From the NCBI GenBank assembly GCA_051006655.1, contig JBPCSZ010000038.1, positions 3,990-67,989 on the forward strand: a DNA stretch of 64,000 nucleotides, written 5' to 3'. The notes under the pieces are model-generated. The model searched no databases. It was given only the letters and a program-made list of their open reading frames with translations, and was not told where the DNA came from. Source of the DNA: Chitinophagaceae bacterium. Lineage in GTDB: Bacteria; Bacteroidota; Bacteroidia; Chitinophagales; Chitinophagaceae. The position numbers and the translations under genes are program-made. Of this stretch, positions 29,458 through 38,229 are shown in pieces. Numbering within the stretch: position 1 is the first letter of the stretch; the number at the start of each line of letters is the position of its first letter.

Positions 29458-30528
29458 GTGAAAAAGGATTTCTCGAACGAATCACTATTGCGTGTTATAC
29501 ACTATCTCACTGTGTTGGTATTTGTACTTATTGCAACTATTGTTTTAATTCCGATTTTGATTTGGAAGGGCGATGCAATTGTTTCCTTCTTCACCCCTAA
29601 ACCTAAATTACAAATTGTAGTGGCTTCCACCGACGTGTTGCCCGATACCTTTTGGCATGCCCGCGATATCGCACTCGAAACGGATACCCAACAAAAGGCT
29701 TTGATTTCTTACGGGAAAGAATTGATTGCCCATACAGCGTATTATTTAGGACCAAAAGGCTCCGTGATGCCAATAAGTAATGGCATGAATTGTCAAAACT
29801 GTCATTTAGATGCCGGCACACGAGTATATGGTAATAACTACGGTTCTGTATTTAGTCAATACCCCAAATTTCGGGCACGCAGTGGTTCCGAAGAAACTAT
29901 GTTCAAACGCATCAACGATTGTTTGGAACGAAGCTTAAATGGAAAATCGCTCGATTCGAACGGACGAGAATTAAAAGCCATGAAAGCCTATATTGCCTTT
30001 ATTGGTTCGAATGTTCCAAAAGGAAAAAAAGGGGCGGGGAGTGGATTAAAAGAAATGGATTATTTAACACGCCCCGCGAATCCAATAGCCGGTAAAGCCG
30101 TGTATGCCACACATTGTGCTTCTTGCCATGGGGCTAATGGGGAAGGACAAAAAACACCCGATGGCATGGAGTATAGTTACCCGCCCATGTGGGGTCCCCA
30201 TAGTTTCAACGATGCTGCCGGTTTATACCGCATCAGCAATTTCGCGCGTTATGTAAAATACAATATGCCTTTGGGGGTTACTCACCAGAATCCTACATTA
30301 AGTGATGAAGAAGCATGGGATGTAGCGGCTTTTGTTATTGCACAAGCTCGTCCGCATAAAGACGTACCGGCCGATTGGCCCGATATCAGCAAGAAACCCA
30401 TCGACCATCCACGTGGACCTTATGTAGATTCCTTTTCAGAACAGCAACATAAGTTCGGTCCATTCAAACCCATTCAAACTTTTTATAAAACGTATGCTTC
30501 GGCAACAAAGTCAACTAAAAAATCGTAA
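29458..30528 (+). CDS. Membrane-anchored dihaem c-type cytochrome, TsdA-like (thiosulfate dehydrogenase family)
   Basis: 356 aa with an N-terminal TM anchor. Haem 1 is CQNCH, with a conserved Cys 39 residues later in RINDCLERSLNG (His/Cys ligation pattern of TsdA/SoxA). Haem 2 is CASCH, followed by YPPMWG. Confidence 0.6.
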   Translation: MKKDFSNESLLRVIHYLTVLVFVLIATIVLIPILIWKGDAIVSFFTPKPKLQIVVASTDVLPDTFWHARDIALETDTQQKALISYGKELIAHTAYYLGPKGSVMPISNGMNCQNCHLDAGTRVYGNNYGSVFSQYPKFRARSGSEETMFKRINDCLERSLNGKSLDSNGRELKAMKAYIAFIGSNVPKGKKGAGSGLKEMDYLTRPANPIAGKAVYATHCASCHGANGEGQKTPDGMEYSYPPMWGPHSFNDAAGLYRISNFARYVKYNMPLGVTHQNPTLSDEEAWDVAAFVIAQARPHKDVPADWPDISKKPIDHPRGPYVDSFSEQQHKFGPFKPIQTFYKTYASATKSTKKS

Positions 30529-30531
30529 ATT

Positions 30532-30948
30532 ATGAAACCTGTATTCTTTATTGCTTTTCTTTTATTTTTATTGCCGGCTAGCATGATGGGTCAAGGACAA
30601 CGTCATCGTATTGTTTTTCAATTCACGAATGCCCAAGATACTTTGCAACAAAAAGCCTTCATTAAACAATTGCAAAATTTAAAAGCCCATTGGCCCGATG
30701 CCACGTTTGAAGTGGTTTTATACAATCAAGGCTTGGAATTATTATTGCCCAATAAGGGCATTCAAATTTCGGCAGTAAAAGCTCTTCACGATGAGGGCAT
30801 TGATTTTTTAATTTGCGAAAACACCTTGAAGAATCGTCAAATGTCCAAAGAACAATTTCCGGCATGGGTCAACTATATTCCGGCAGGAATAGCCCATATG
30901 GTTGAACGTCAGGAAGAAGGATGGTCCTATATCAAAGGAGGCTTTTAA
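30532..30948 (+). CDS. DsrE/DsrF-like family protein (COG1416 type) with a signal peptide
   Basis: 138 aa. It has the cleavable-looking N-terminus MKPVFFIAFLLFLLPASMMG, then IVFQFTN, a FEVVLYNQGLELL block, IDFLICENTL and GWSYIKGGF. Confidence 0.65.
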   Translation: MKPVFFIAFLLFLLPASMMGQGQRHRIVFQFTNAQDTLQQKAFIKQLQNLKAHWPDATFEVVLYNQGLELLLPNKGIQISAVKALHDEGIDFLICENTLKNRQMSKEQFPAWVNYIPAGIAHMVERQEEGWSYIKGGF

Positions 30949-30949
30949 T

Positions 30950-32647
30950 ATGAAACAGCAGCATAACTCACGACGCGATTTTTTACGCAAAGCCGGTTTG
31001 ACTTTAGGGGCCGGTGTACTTGCGCCATTAAGCCATATGGCGGCTTCTTTCAATAAAGAAACAAAACCCAACGAAGAAGAAAGCCCCATTAAAAAAACGC
31101 GGGTAACTTTATTTCAAACTACCGATGTTCATTGTCAATTGCATCCGCACGATGAATTGTATTGGGAAAATGGACAAGCCGTATTTCGCGAAGCAGGTGG
31201 GTATGCCACCATTTCGGCCATGTTTCAATCACTTCGAAAGAAAAATCCAAACGCCCTGTTCATCGACACCGGCGATATGTTTCAAGGAAGTCAACTCAGT
31301 GTGAAAACTACCGGAGATGCCTTTGTTCCTATTTTAAATGCTTGCGAATACGATTTGTTTTTGCCGGGCAATTGGGAAGTGATTTATGGTAAGAAACGGA
31401 TGCAAGAACTCATGGGGCAATTGGAGGCGCCCACGATTTGCACCAATATGTTTCACGATTTAGGGAACAAGCAAAAAGGCGATTTTATTTTTAAACCTTA
31501 TGCCGTACAAGCTTTCGAAGATGTTCGCATTGGCTTTTTAGGTTATACCGATCCCTTGGTGCCAATTCGCCAAAGTCCGAATTACAGCAAAGGCATTTTA
31601 TACACCGCCCCCGAAGAAAACTTAGCCGAATACGTACATTATTTACGGGAGACCGAAAAATGCGATGCGATTATTGTATTAGCTCATTTAGGACTCTCGC
31701 AACAAATTGCCTTATCGAATCATCCGGCTTGCGAAGGGGTGAATTATATTTTAGGTGGCGATACCCACGAACGGGTACGTGTGCCATTGCAAGGTAAATA
31801 TGCCAAGGTGGTAGAACCCGGTGCGTTTGGTTCATTTATTGGACAATTGGATTTGTATTTTGAAAACAAACATTTGGTGCATGATGCCTATCAATTACTC
31901 GATGTTTCTCCCGATGAGCATGTGGCTAATCCTAAAATGAATCGATTGATTGAAAAAGCAGAAACCGCTTGGGAAAATGATATTTATTCGGTTATTGGTT
32001 ACAGCACCATTCCCTTATATCGATATTTCGTAATTGAAAACCCCATTGATACCTTGGTGCTGAATGCCTTGCATGATCATTTCCCCGATACCGATATCGT
32101 CCTTTCAAATGGCTTCCGTTTTTGTCCACCACGAACTACCCCCAATGAAAACGGTTTAATTCCCATCACCAATGGCTATGTGGTGGATATGTTACCGGTA
32201 GATAGTACCGTGCGAAAAGGCAAGGTGAGCGGTAAACAATTATTGGAATGGTTAGAAAAGGAATTGAATAATGTATTTGCGGCCGATGCATCGAAACGTT
32301 TTGGCGGATGGGTGGTGAAGTTCAAAGGCATGAAGCTTAAGTTTTATGCGTTTAAGCCGATGGGACAACGCATTGAATCGGTAGAAGTACGTGGTGTACC
32401 TCTAGATGAAACTAAAACCTATTCCATTTTAGCTTGCGAACGCGATGGTGACCCGGCCGATATGTTGTGCCGAATCAAAGGGGTTAAAGAAGCTGAGAAT
32501 ACGCCTTATTCATTGCACGGTGTTTTAGGGAGTTATATTCAAAAACATTCGCCGGTAACGCCAACGCCCGAAAAAAATGCCATTGCTTTAGATGCTCCTG
32601 AAACACTACTTTCGCAAGTGCATGGTGTTCCTTACACGTTTCAATAA
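30950..32647 (+). CDS. Tat-exported dimetal phosphoesterase of the 5'-nucleotidase/SoxB family (SoxB-like)
   Basis: It starts at ATG 30950 with the twin-arginine signal SRRDFLRKAGLTLGAG. Metallophosphatase motifs are TTDVHCQ and DTGDMFQGS. It has GNWEVIYG (SoxB-type WE..YG) in place of the GNHEF of true nucleotidases. A C-terminal 5'-nucleotidase-C-like domain is present. Confidence 0.65.
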   Translation: MKQQHNSRRDFLRKAGLTLGAGVLAPLSHMAASFNKETKPNEEESPIKKTRVTLFQTTDVHCQLHPHDELYWENGQAVFREAGGYATISAMFQSLRKKNPNALFIDTGDMFQGSQLSVKTTGDAFVPILNACEYDLFLPGNWEVIYGKKRMQELMGQLEAPTICTNMFHDLGNKQKGDFIFKPYAVQAFEDVRIGFLGYTDPLVPIRQSPNYSKGILYTAPEENLAEYVHYLRETEKCDAIIVLAHLGLSQQIALSNHPACEGVNYILGGDTHERVRVPLQGKYAKVVEPGAFGSFIGQLDLYFENKHLVHDAYQLLDVSPDEHVANPKMNRLIEKAETAWENDIYSVIGYSTIPLYRYFVIENPIDTLVLNALHDHFPDTDIVLSNGFRFCPPRTTPNENGLIPITNGYVVDMLPVDSTVRKGKVSGKQLLEWLEKELNNVFAADASKRFGGWVVKFKGMKLKFYAFKPMGQRIESVEVRGVPLDETKTYSILACERDGDPADMLCRIKGVKEAENTPYSLHGVLGSYIQKHSPVTPTPEKNAIALDAPETLLSQVHGVPYTFQ

Positions 32648-34081
32648 ATGAAGAAGAATTTGCTCGAAAGAAGAATCCTATTTTTATTCCTAATTAACCT
32701 GTTGCCTTCATTGGCCAAAGCGCAACATCAAGCCCTCGACGAAAAACCGGCCATTTGGAAATCCGATACGGCAAAGGCGCCCGATGATGGGATTCAAGCC
32801 TTGTTTAAAAAAGCCAATTTCAGTGGGCATTTCCGTTATATGTTCATGGCTACCGACAATGCCAAAGGGTTGAGCGATTATTATGCGAATGCCCTTGGGG
32901 GAGGTTTACGCATGGAAACACAAGCTTGGCATGGCTTTCGATTGGCCGTGAGTGGATTTTATAGTTTTAATATTGGGTCGAGTAATTTAGTAAAAGCAGA
33001 TTCGCTCAGCGGACAAAAAAATCGCTACGAAGTTGGACTGTTCGATATCACCGATCCTTCCAACAAAAAGAATATTGATCGCTTAGAGGAACTTTATTTG
33101 CGCTACGACAGAAAAACGTGGAAGTTAGTATTGGGAAAACAACTGATTAATACCCCATTTATCAACTTACAAGATGGTCGGATGCGTCCAACCGGTGTGA
33201 ACGGATTGTATGCCGAAAAACAGATTACGTCTAAGTCGCGTTTGGAAGGTTTTTTGCTTTATGGTATTTCACCGCGAAGCACAACGAAATGGTATAGTAT
33301 AGGGGAGTCGGTAGGTTTATATGCACAAGGCGTAAACCTTAACGGTTCCAAATCGAATTATGCGCAACATATTTCGGCGAAATATATTGGTATGTTGGCA
33401 TGGCATCAATCGTTCAAACATCGTTGGCAAACACAATGGTGGCATTTGTATGCCGACCGTTTAATGTATACCAGTCTCTTTCAGGTCGATAAAAAATGGG
33501 AATGGCTCAATGGACAATGGCAGGGGAGTGCCCAGGTAATTCATCAACAATCGCTTTCACAATTCGATCCGCTACCACAGGCAGGGCAATATTACATGGA
33601 ACCTCATGCAAAAGCTACAAGCTTTGGTTTTCAAGCCATTTATAAAAAGAAACAACACCAATTCTATTTACAGTATAATCGAATAACAGCCCAAGGTCGT
33701 TATTTAATGCCACGGGAATGGGGGCGAGATCCTTTCTTCACGTTCATGCCTCGAGAACGTAATGAAGGCTTAGGCAATATGCAAGCATGGGTAATTCGTT
33801 ATCATTGGCTGAAACCATCAAAAGCCTGGCAATGGCAATTGGCCGGCGGTATTTATCAATTACCCTCACCGGATAATTATCGCTTAAATAAATATGGTAT
33901 GCCTTCCTACGCACAAGCCATGCTCGATTGGCGCTATCGATTTAGCGGACGATTAAATGGCTTAGAATGTCAGGCTTTATTCACTGCCAAATGGGCCTTG
34001 AAAACACCCGAAAAGTCGAGTAATATCATCAACAAAGTCAATATGTTGCATACCACAATATCGGCCAATTACCGGTTTTGA
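32648..34081 (+). CDS. Putative outer-membrane beta-barrel porin
   Basis: 477 aa with a signal peptide, alternating aromatic/polar beta-strand pattern, and the C-terminal ...ISANYRF typical of OMPs. Its ATG directly follows the stop codon of the SoxB-like gene. Confidence 0.55.
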   Translation: MKKNLLERRILFLFLINLLPSLAKAQHQALDEKPAIWKSDTAKAPDDGIQALFKKANFSGHFRYMFMATDNAKGLSDYYANALGGGLRMETQAWHGFRLAVSGFYSFNIGSSNLVKADSLSGQKNRYEVGLFDITDPSNKKNIDRLEELYLRYDRKTWKLVLGKQLINTPFINLQDGRMRPTGVNGLYAEKQITSKSRLEGFLLYGISPRSTTKWYSIGESVGLYAQGVNLNGSKSNYAQHISAKYIGMLAWHQSFKHRWQTQWWHLYADRLMYTSLFQVDKKWEWLNGQWQGSAQVIHQQSLSQFDPLPQAGQYYMEPHAKATSFGFQAIYKKKQHQFYLQYNRITAQGRYLMPREWGRDPFFTFMPRERNEGLGNMQAWVIRYHWLKPSKAWQWQLAGGIYQLPSPDNYRLNKYGMPSYAQAMLDWRYRFSGRLNGLECQALFTAKWALKTPEKSSNIINKVNMLHTTISANYRF

Positions 34082-34160
34082 TATAGATTTTGCTTATGAC
34101 CTAATTAAAATTACATGCATTTTTGATACAAAACCTGAATTCTGCGTTTAACTTTGCGCA

Positions 34161-34736
34161 GTGGAATTGCAGATTTTGACCTTCTTTAAGTTGTTAGACC
34201 CCACGAACGCGCTTAACCAAGCTGAACGAGACTTGGTTTTGAGCACGGCTCGATTAGTATCTATCAAAAAAAATGCCTTGTTACAGCATATTGGACAAAC
34301 CTGCAGAACCATTTATTTTATACAAAAAGGGTGTACGCGTGTTTATTACATGCACAACGAAATTGAAGTAACAGAATGTTTTAATTTCGAAGGGGATCTC
34401 ACCGTTCGGTTTGAAAGTTTATTGGCCGGAGTGCCTAGTAAACGAGCTATACAAGCCATCGAACCTACTCAATTAATTGCCCTCGATTTAGCCAAGTTGG
34501 AGCCTATTTTTACTGTTTTTCCTCGTATTGAAGTTGTTTTCCGTCGACTGTTTCATACCTACCATATTCAAACGCTTCAACGCATGGAAAATATGCAGTT
34601 TAATTCGGCCGAAGAACGGTATCAAATTTTAATGGAAACCCAATCAGAAGTTATTAAACGAATACCACTCAAATTCATTGCGTCTTATTTAGGTATAACT
34701 GCCGTTAGTTTGAGTCGAATTCGGGGCAAAAAATAA
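34161..34736 (+). CDS. Crp/Fnr family transcriptional regulator
   Basis: About 190 aa with a cNMP-binding-like beta-roll (YFIQKGCTRVYY) and the C-terminal HTH IASYLGITAVSLSRIR. The start is uncertain: GTG 34161 is only 5 nt after a TAACTTTG box, so TTG codons at 34167-34191 are alternatives. Confidence 0.75.
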   Translation: MELQILTFFKLLDPTNALNQAERDLVLSTARLVSIKKNALLQHIGQTCRTIYFIQKGCTRVYYMHNEIEVTECFNFEGDLTVRFESLLAGVPSKRAIQAIEPTQLIALDLAKLEPIFTVFPRIEVVFRRLFHTYHIQTLQRMENMQFNSAEERYQILMETQSEVIKRIPLKFIASYLGITAVSLSRIRGKK

Positions 34737-34788
34737 CGACAAATTAAACAACCCGGTAATTATTTCGGTTTAAAAAAGCACAAAAAAA

Positions 34789-34805
34789 ATGCCTGTTAAA
34801 GGCAT
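34789..34805. terminator. Bidirectional hairpin between the crp-like gene and tRNA-Ser
   Basis: ATGCCT-guuaa-AGGCAT flanked by A8 and T-rich runs. Confidence 0.5.
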
Positions 34806-34819
34806 TTAATTTTTGGAGG

Positions 34820-34906
34820 CGGTGAGAGAGGGATTCGAACCCCCGGTAAAGTTGCCCCTACTTCGCATTTCGAGTGCGACCCATTCGACCTCTCTGGCAT
34901 CTCACC
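34820..34906 (-). tRNA. tRNA-Ser (anticodon CGA)
   Basis: The reverse complement is GGTGAGATGCCAGAGAGGTCGAATGGGTCGCACTCGAAATGCGAAGTAGGGGCAACTTTACCGGGGGTTCGAATCCCTCTCTCACCG. It has a 7-bp acceptor stem, anticodon loop CT-CGA-AA, a long variable arm and a GTTCGAATC T-loop. CCA is not encoded. Confidence 0.9.
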
Positions 34907-35069
34907 GCGGCGAAGGTAATAAAATTGTTTATTGTAACCAAGTGATGTTGTTCGGGTTCTTTTTAATCAACAATTTTAATTAATGCAATAGCTTCAAAGC
35001 ATATGAAGCAAACAACTATTTATCATTTGTAAATTACCTCCATGGTAAACAAGGGGAACTTTGCTTATT

Positions 35070-36590
35070 ATGAATGAGCGCAACGTTGTAAAACAAGGCC
35101 TTAAACAAAATTGGCTTCAGTTTGTCATTTTAGTGGGTGTTAATGCCTTGGTAGGGGCCATGTTGGGAATGGAAAGAAGCATCTTACCCCGATTCGCTGA
35201 ATCCGAATTTCATATCGCATCTCACTCGGCACTACTAACTTTCATTGTTGCTTTTGGTATTTCAAAAGCATTGGCCAATTTTTTGTCGGGGCATTATTCG
35301 AATGCACTTGGACGTAAAAATTGGTTATTGTTGGGTTGGCTATTAGCCATTCCTATTCCGTGGATATTTATTTATGCGAATCATTGGAATTGGATTGTTT
35401 TAGCTAATATACTCATGGGCTTAAGTCAAGGTTTTGCGTGGAGCAGTACCGTGGTTATGAAAATTGATTTGGTGGGTGAAAAGAATCGGGGCTTAGCCAT
35501 GGGACTCAATGAGTTTGCCGGTTATTTAAGTTTAGGAATTAGTGCATACCTCACGGCGAACTTGGCGGAACATTATGCTTATCGACCTTATCCATTTTAC
35601 TTAGGCGTGTTTTTTTCTATCATTGGTTTCTTAGTCACCTTGCTCAGCGTTAACGATACCCGAAGTATGCTACAAGCAGAACAAGGTAAAAGCATGATGC
35701 CTAAAATGAAACGTGTTTTTATTGAAACCAGTTTCACCAATAAAACGTTGAGTGCTGTTACGCAGGCTGGCATGGTGAATAATTTGAACGATGGCATGTT
35801 ATGGGGATTACTGCCCATTTTATTGCATCAGCTATTTTTTAATCAAGAAGAAATTGGCATTGTATCGGCTATATATCCGGCAGTTTGGGGACTTGGACAA
35901 TTGTTTACCGGACCTTTATCCGATAAATGGTCCATAAAACGATTATTGGTTTTTGGCATGTTGGCGCAGGGGGTGATATTATTGCTATTGCCTCTTTGGC
36001 GTGGGAACATGGCGTTTATGTTGTCGGCCGGTTTATTAGGAATTGCTACGGCTATGGTTTATCCTACCTTTATGGTGGCCATTGCCAAGGGGTGTCATCC
36101 GGAACAACGGGCTGCCGGTATAGGCGTTTTTCGTTTGTGGCGCGATTTGGGTTATGCCTTCGGGGCCATTATATCCGGTATTATTGCCGATGCGTTCGGT
36201 ATCGAAATGGCTATATGGTTTGTAGGAGGTATTACGGTTTTATCGGGTATTATGGTTTATTGGCGCATGCCCAAACAAATACCGGTACCTGTACAATGCA
36301 TAAAACCCGAAATCGTTCGTTCCCTGTTGCAGCAAAAAAATAATATTCAAATTATTGATGTTCGGAATTACGAGGAATATACCCATTCGCATATTCCATT
36401 GGCAAGGCATATACCGCTCAATGAAATATCGTCGGAAATAAAACGAATTGATAAAGAAAACTTTATTGTGGTTACTTGCGGAAAGGGTGGTGGTCGCTCT
36501 GCCTTTGCCACCAAATGGTTATTGCAAGAAGGCTATAATGCCCAATGGCTTTGTGGCGGCGTTGAACAATGGCATCAATCGATGGCTTAA
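35070..36590 (+). CDS. MFS transporter with a C-terminal rhodanese domain
   Basis: About 12 TM helices followed by about 100 aa of rhodanese (IQIIDVRNYEEYTHSHIP, catalytic loop TCGKGGGRS). ATG 35070 is preferred over TTG 35061. Confidence 0.8.
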   Translation: MNERNVVKQGLKQNWLQFVILVGVNALVGAMLGMERSILPRFAESEFHIASHSALLTFIVAFGISKALANFLSGHYSNALGRKNWLLLGWLLAIPIPWIFIYANHWNWIVLANILMGLSQGFAWSSTVVMKIDLVGEKNRGLAMGLNEFAGYLSLGISAYLTANLAEHYAYRPYPFYLGVFFSIIGFLVTLLSVNDTRSMLQAEQGKSMMPKMKRVFIETSFTNKTLSAVTQAGMVNNLNDGMLWGLLPILLHQLFFNQEEIGIVSAIYPAVWGLGQLFTGPLSDKWSIKRLLVFGMLAQGVILLLLPLWRGNMAFMLSAGLLGIATAMVYPTFMVAIAKGCHPEQRAAGIGVFRLWRDLGYAFGAIISGIIADAFGIEMAIWFVGGITVLSGIMVYWRMPKQIPVPVQCIKPEIVRSLLQQKNNIQIIDVRNYEEYTHSHIPLARHIPLNEISSEIKRIDKENFIVVTCGKGGGRSAFATKWLLQEGYNAQWLCGGVEQWHQSMA

Positions 36591-37513
36591 TTAAATGCTT
36601 CGTACCATTTGAATTTCGTTTCAATAATATGTTCTTTTTCTTTTCGTAAGTAAGTTAAAAAGGCTTGACTCAAGGGCGATAAGGGTTTGTTCTTAAGCCA
36701 AATTAAATACCACGTGGAACGAATGGGGAATTCTTTCACCGGAATGATGTGCAATTGTTTGGCTATTAATTCATTTTTCAAACCAATAAGGGGCATAATA
36801 CTATAACCTAAGCCCGACATCACCGCTTGTTTCACTTGCTCATTGCTCGTAAGGGTCATCTTCATAGTAACGGGTAATTTATTCTTTCGAATAAATTGTT
36901 CCATAATTTGTCGGGTACCCGATCCCGGCTCTCGATAAATTAGCGGAATAGAATTGAAAAAATCGTAGGAGGTTTGTTGTTTATTGACAGGAAGCATTTG
37001 GCTTCCTACCAAGTATAGTTTCTGTTCTAATAATTCCATTTTTTGAATGGGAATATCCTTGGGTAGAATGGTTACAAAGGCAAAATCGATGGCGTTTTCG
37101 GCCAAGTCGGAAAACACTTGAGCCTTGTTCGAAACATCCATTTTCAATTCAATTCCCGGATGCCCTTGCATAAAATCGCTAATGAAATAGGGGGCTATAT
37201 ATTTAGCGGTTGACACTAACCCGATTTTCAATTTCCCGCTTAATAGTCCTTTATACGATTGGGTGGTTTGGTCAATCCGATGCACTTCCTCCAACATATT
37301 TTCAGCCGAACGTGCAATTGATTTTCCAAAATCGGTAATACGAATTTTTTTATTGATTATCTCAATCAAGGGAATGTCGAATTGGGCTGAAAAGTTCTTC
37401 AGTTGAATTGAAACCGCCGGTTGTGTTAAATTCAGTTCTCGGGCGGCTTTCGTAATACTGCCCAGTCGAACAACTGTGGCATAAATTCGAAGTTGGTTCA
37501 AGGTGTAGTTCAT
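36587..37513 (-). CDS. LysR family transcriptional regulator
   Basis: 308 aa with the N-terminal wHTH LNQLRIYATVVRLGSITKAARELNLTQPAVSIQLK and a C-terminal substrate-binding domain. Confidence 0.9.
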   Translation of the reverse strand: MNYTLNQLRIYATVVRLGSITKAARELNLTQPAVSIQLKNFSAQFDIPLIEIINKKIRITDFGKSIARSAENMLEEVHRIDQTTQSYKGLLSGKLKIGLVSTAKYIAPYFISDFMQGHPGIELKMDVSNKAQVFSDLAENAIDFAFVTILPKDIPIQKMELLEQKLYLVGSQMLPVNKQQTSYDFFNSIPLIYREPGSGTRQIMEQFIRKNKLPVTMKMTLTSNEQVKQAVMSGLGYSIMPLIGLKNELIAKQLHIIPVKEFPIRSTWYLIWLKNKPLSPLSQAFLTYLRKEKEHIIETKFKWYEAFN

Positions 37514-37596
37514 AAATAAACGTTATGATAAACATATCAAATATAAATGAATTTATATAATAAAATGCCATCAATTTTGTCATCAAATTCAATACC

Positions 37597-37773
37597 ATGA
37601 AAAAGGTAATATTATTCATTATGTTTTTGTTGGCCTGTATTTCACTCATCGGAATTTGGCAATTTAAACAAGATCCGGTATTGTCGAACTTATTTAAGGC
37701 AGCGGCTTTAATTTTCATGTTGTTGATTCCGGCGCAATGGGCACAAGCGGGGAAGCCTAAAACATGGCCTTGA
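37597..37773 (+). CDS. Possible small membrane protein (58 aa), divergent from the LysR gene
   Basis: It is below the track's size cut-off. ATG 37597 gives MKKVILFIMFLLACISLIGIWQFKQDPVLSNLFKAAALIFMLLIPAQWAQAGKPKTWP, with two hydrophobic segments. The only supports are the open frame and its position 83 nt from lysR. Confidence 0.25.
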   Translation: MKKVILFIMFLLACISLIGIWQFKQDPVLSNLFKAAALIFMLLIPAQWAQAGKPKTWP

Positions 37774-38017
37774 AGCGCAACAGCATAACTATATGAAACA
37801 CCCGTCCCGTCTTCCGCGGTGCATGGCACCTTGCTGCAGCCGGGGCTATTTTTCATCGTCCAATTCTTTGTTCCTCTTTTCCTATCGATTGGTGTCCTGA
37901 GACAACCCGTTTGTGAAATGAAATTTTCCTATCGGTCGATGTTCCCACAGACCGAAATACCATTTACGTTGGACATTTATAGGTAAATAAATCATACTTA
38001 TAAAAATAATGAACAAT

Positions 38018-38215
38018 TCAAGTTAAATAATTTCTTCTATCGGCTTTGGAGGTTTTGGCAAGTCCCTCTGCGATATTGAGTACAATACTAAATGAAGCTC
38101 GACCCATTTTGTCAATTACATACTTCTCTGGTTTGTGTTCTTTTAATATCGTTTTACATGCTAAGTGAAACAATCTGGATTTCTTGTATACGTCGAGGTT
38201 TTGGAAGTTGAACAT
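38018..38215 (-). pseudogene. Truncated four-helix-bundle (23S rRNA IVS / Avd-like family) gene
   Basis: MFNFQNLDVYKKSRLFHLACKTILKEHKPEKYVIDKMGRASFSIVLNIAEGLAKTSKADRRNYLT* is the first 64 of the 115 residues encoded by the intact copy at 40581-40928. The deletion junction shows microhomology AAAT(A/T)ATTTCTT. Confidence 0.75.
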
Positions 38216-38229
38216 GGGGAGAGGTTTTA

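Noticed and set aside
37541-37558. Palindrome ATATAAATGAATTTATAT between lysR and the small ORF as a LysR T-N11-A box
   Set aside because: The surrounding region is extremely AT-rich, so a 7-4-7 A/T-only palindrome is expected by chance. The spacing does not match T-N11-A cleanly, so it is kept only as a very weak possibility.
37362-37856. 164-aa minus-strand ORF overlapping the 5' end of the LysR gene
   Set aside because: About 150 nt of it overlaps the well-supported LysR ORF in another frame. The rest crosses an AT-rich promoter region, and the peptide has no recognisable features.
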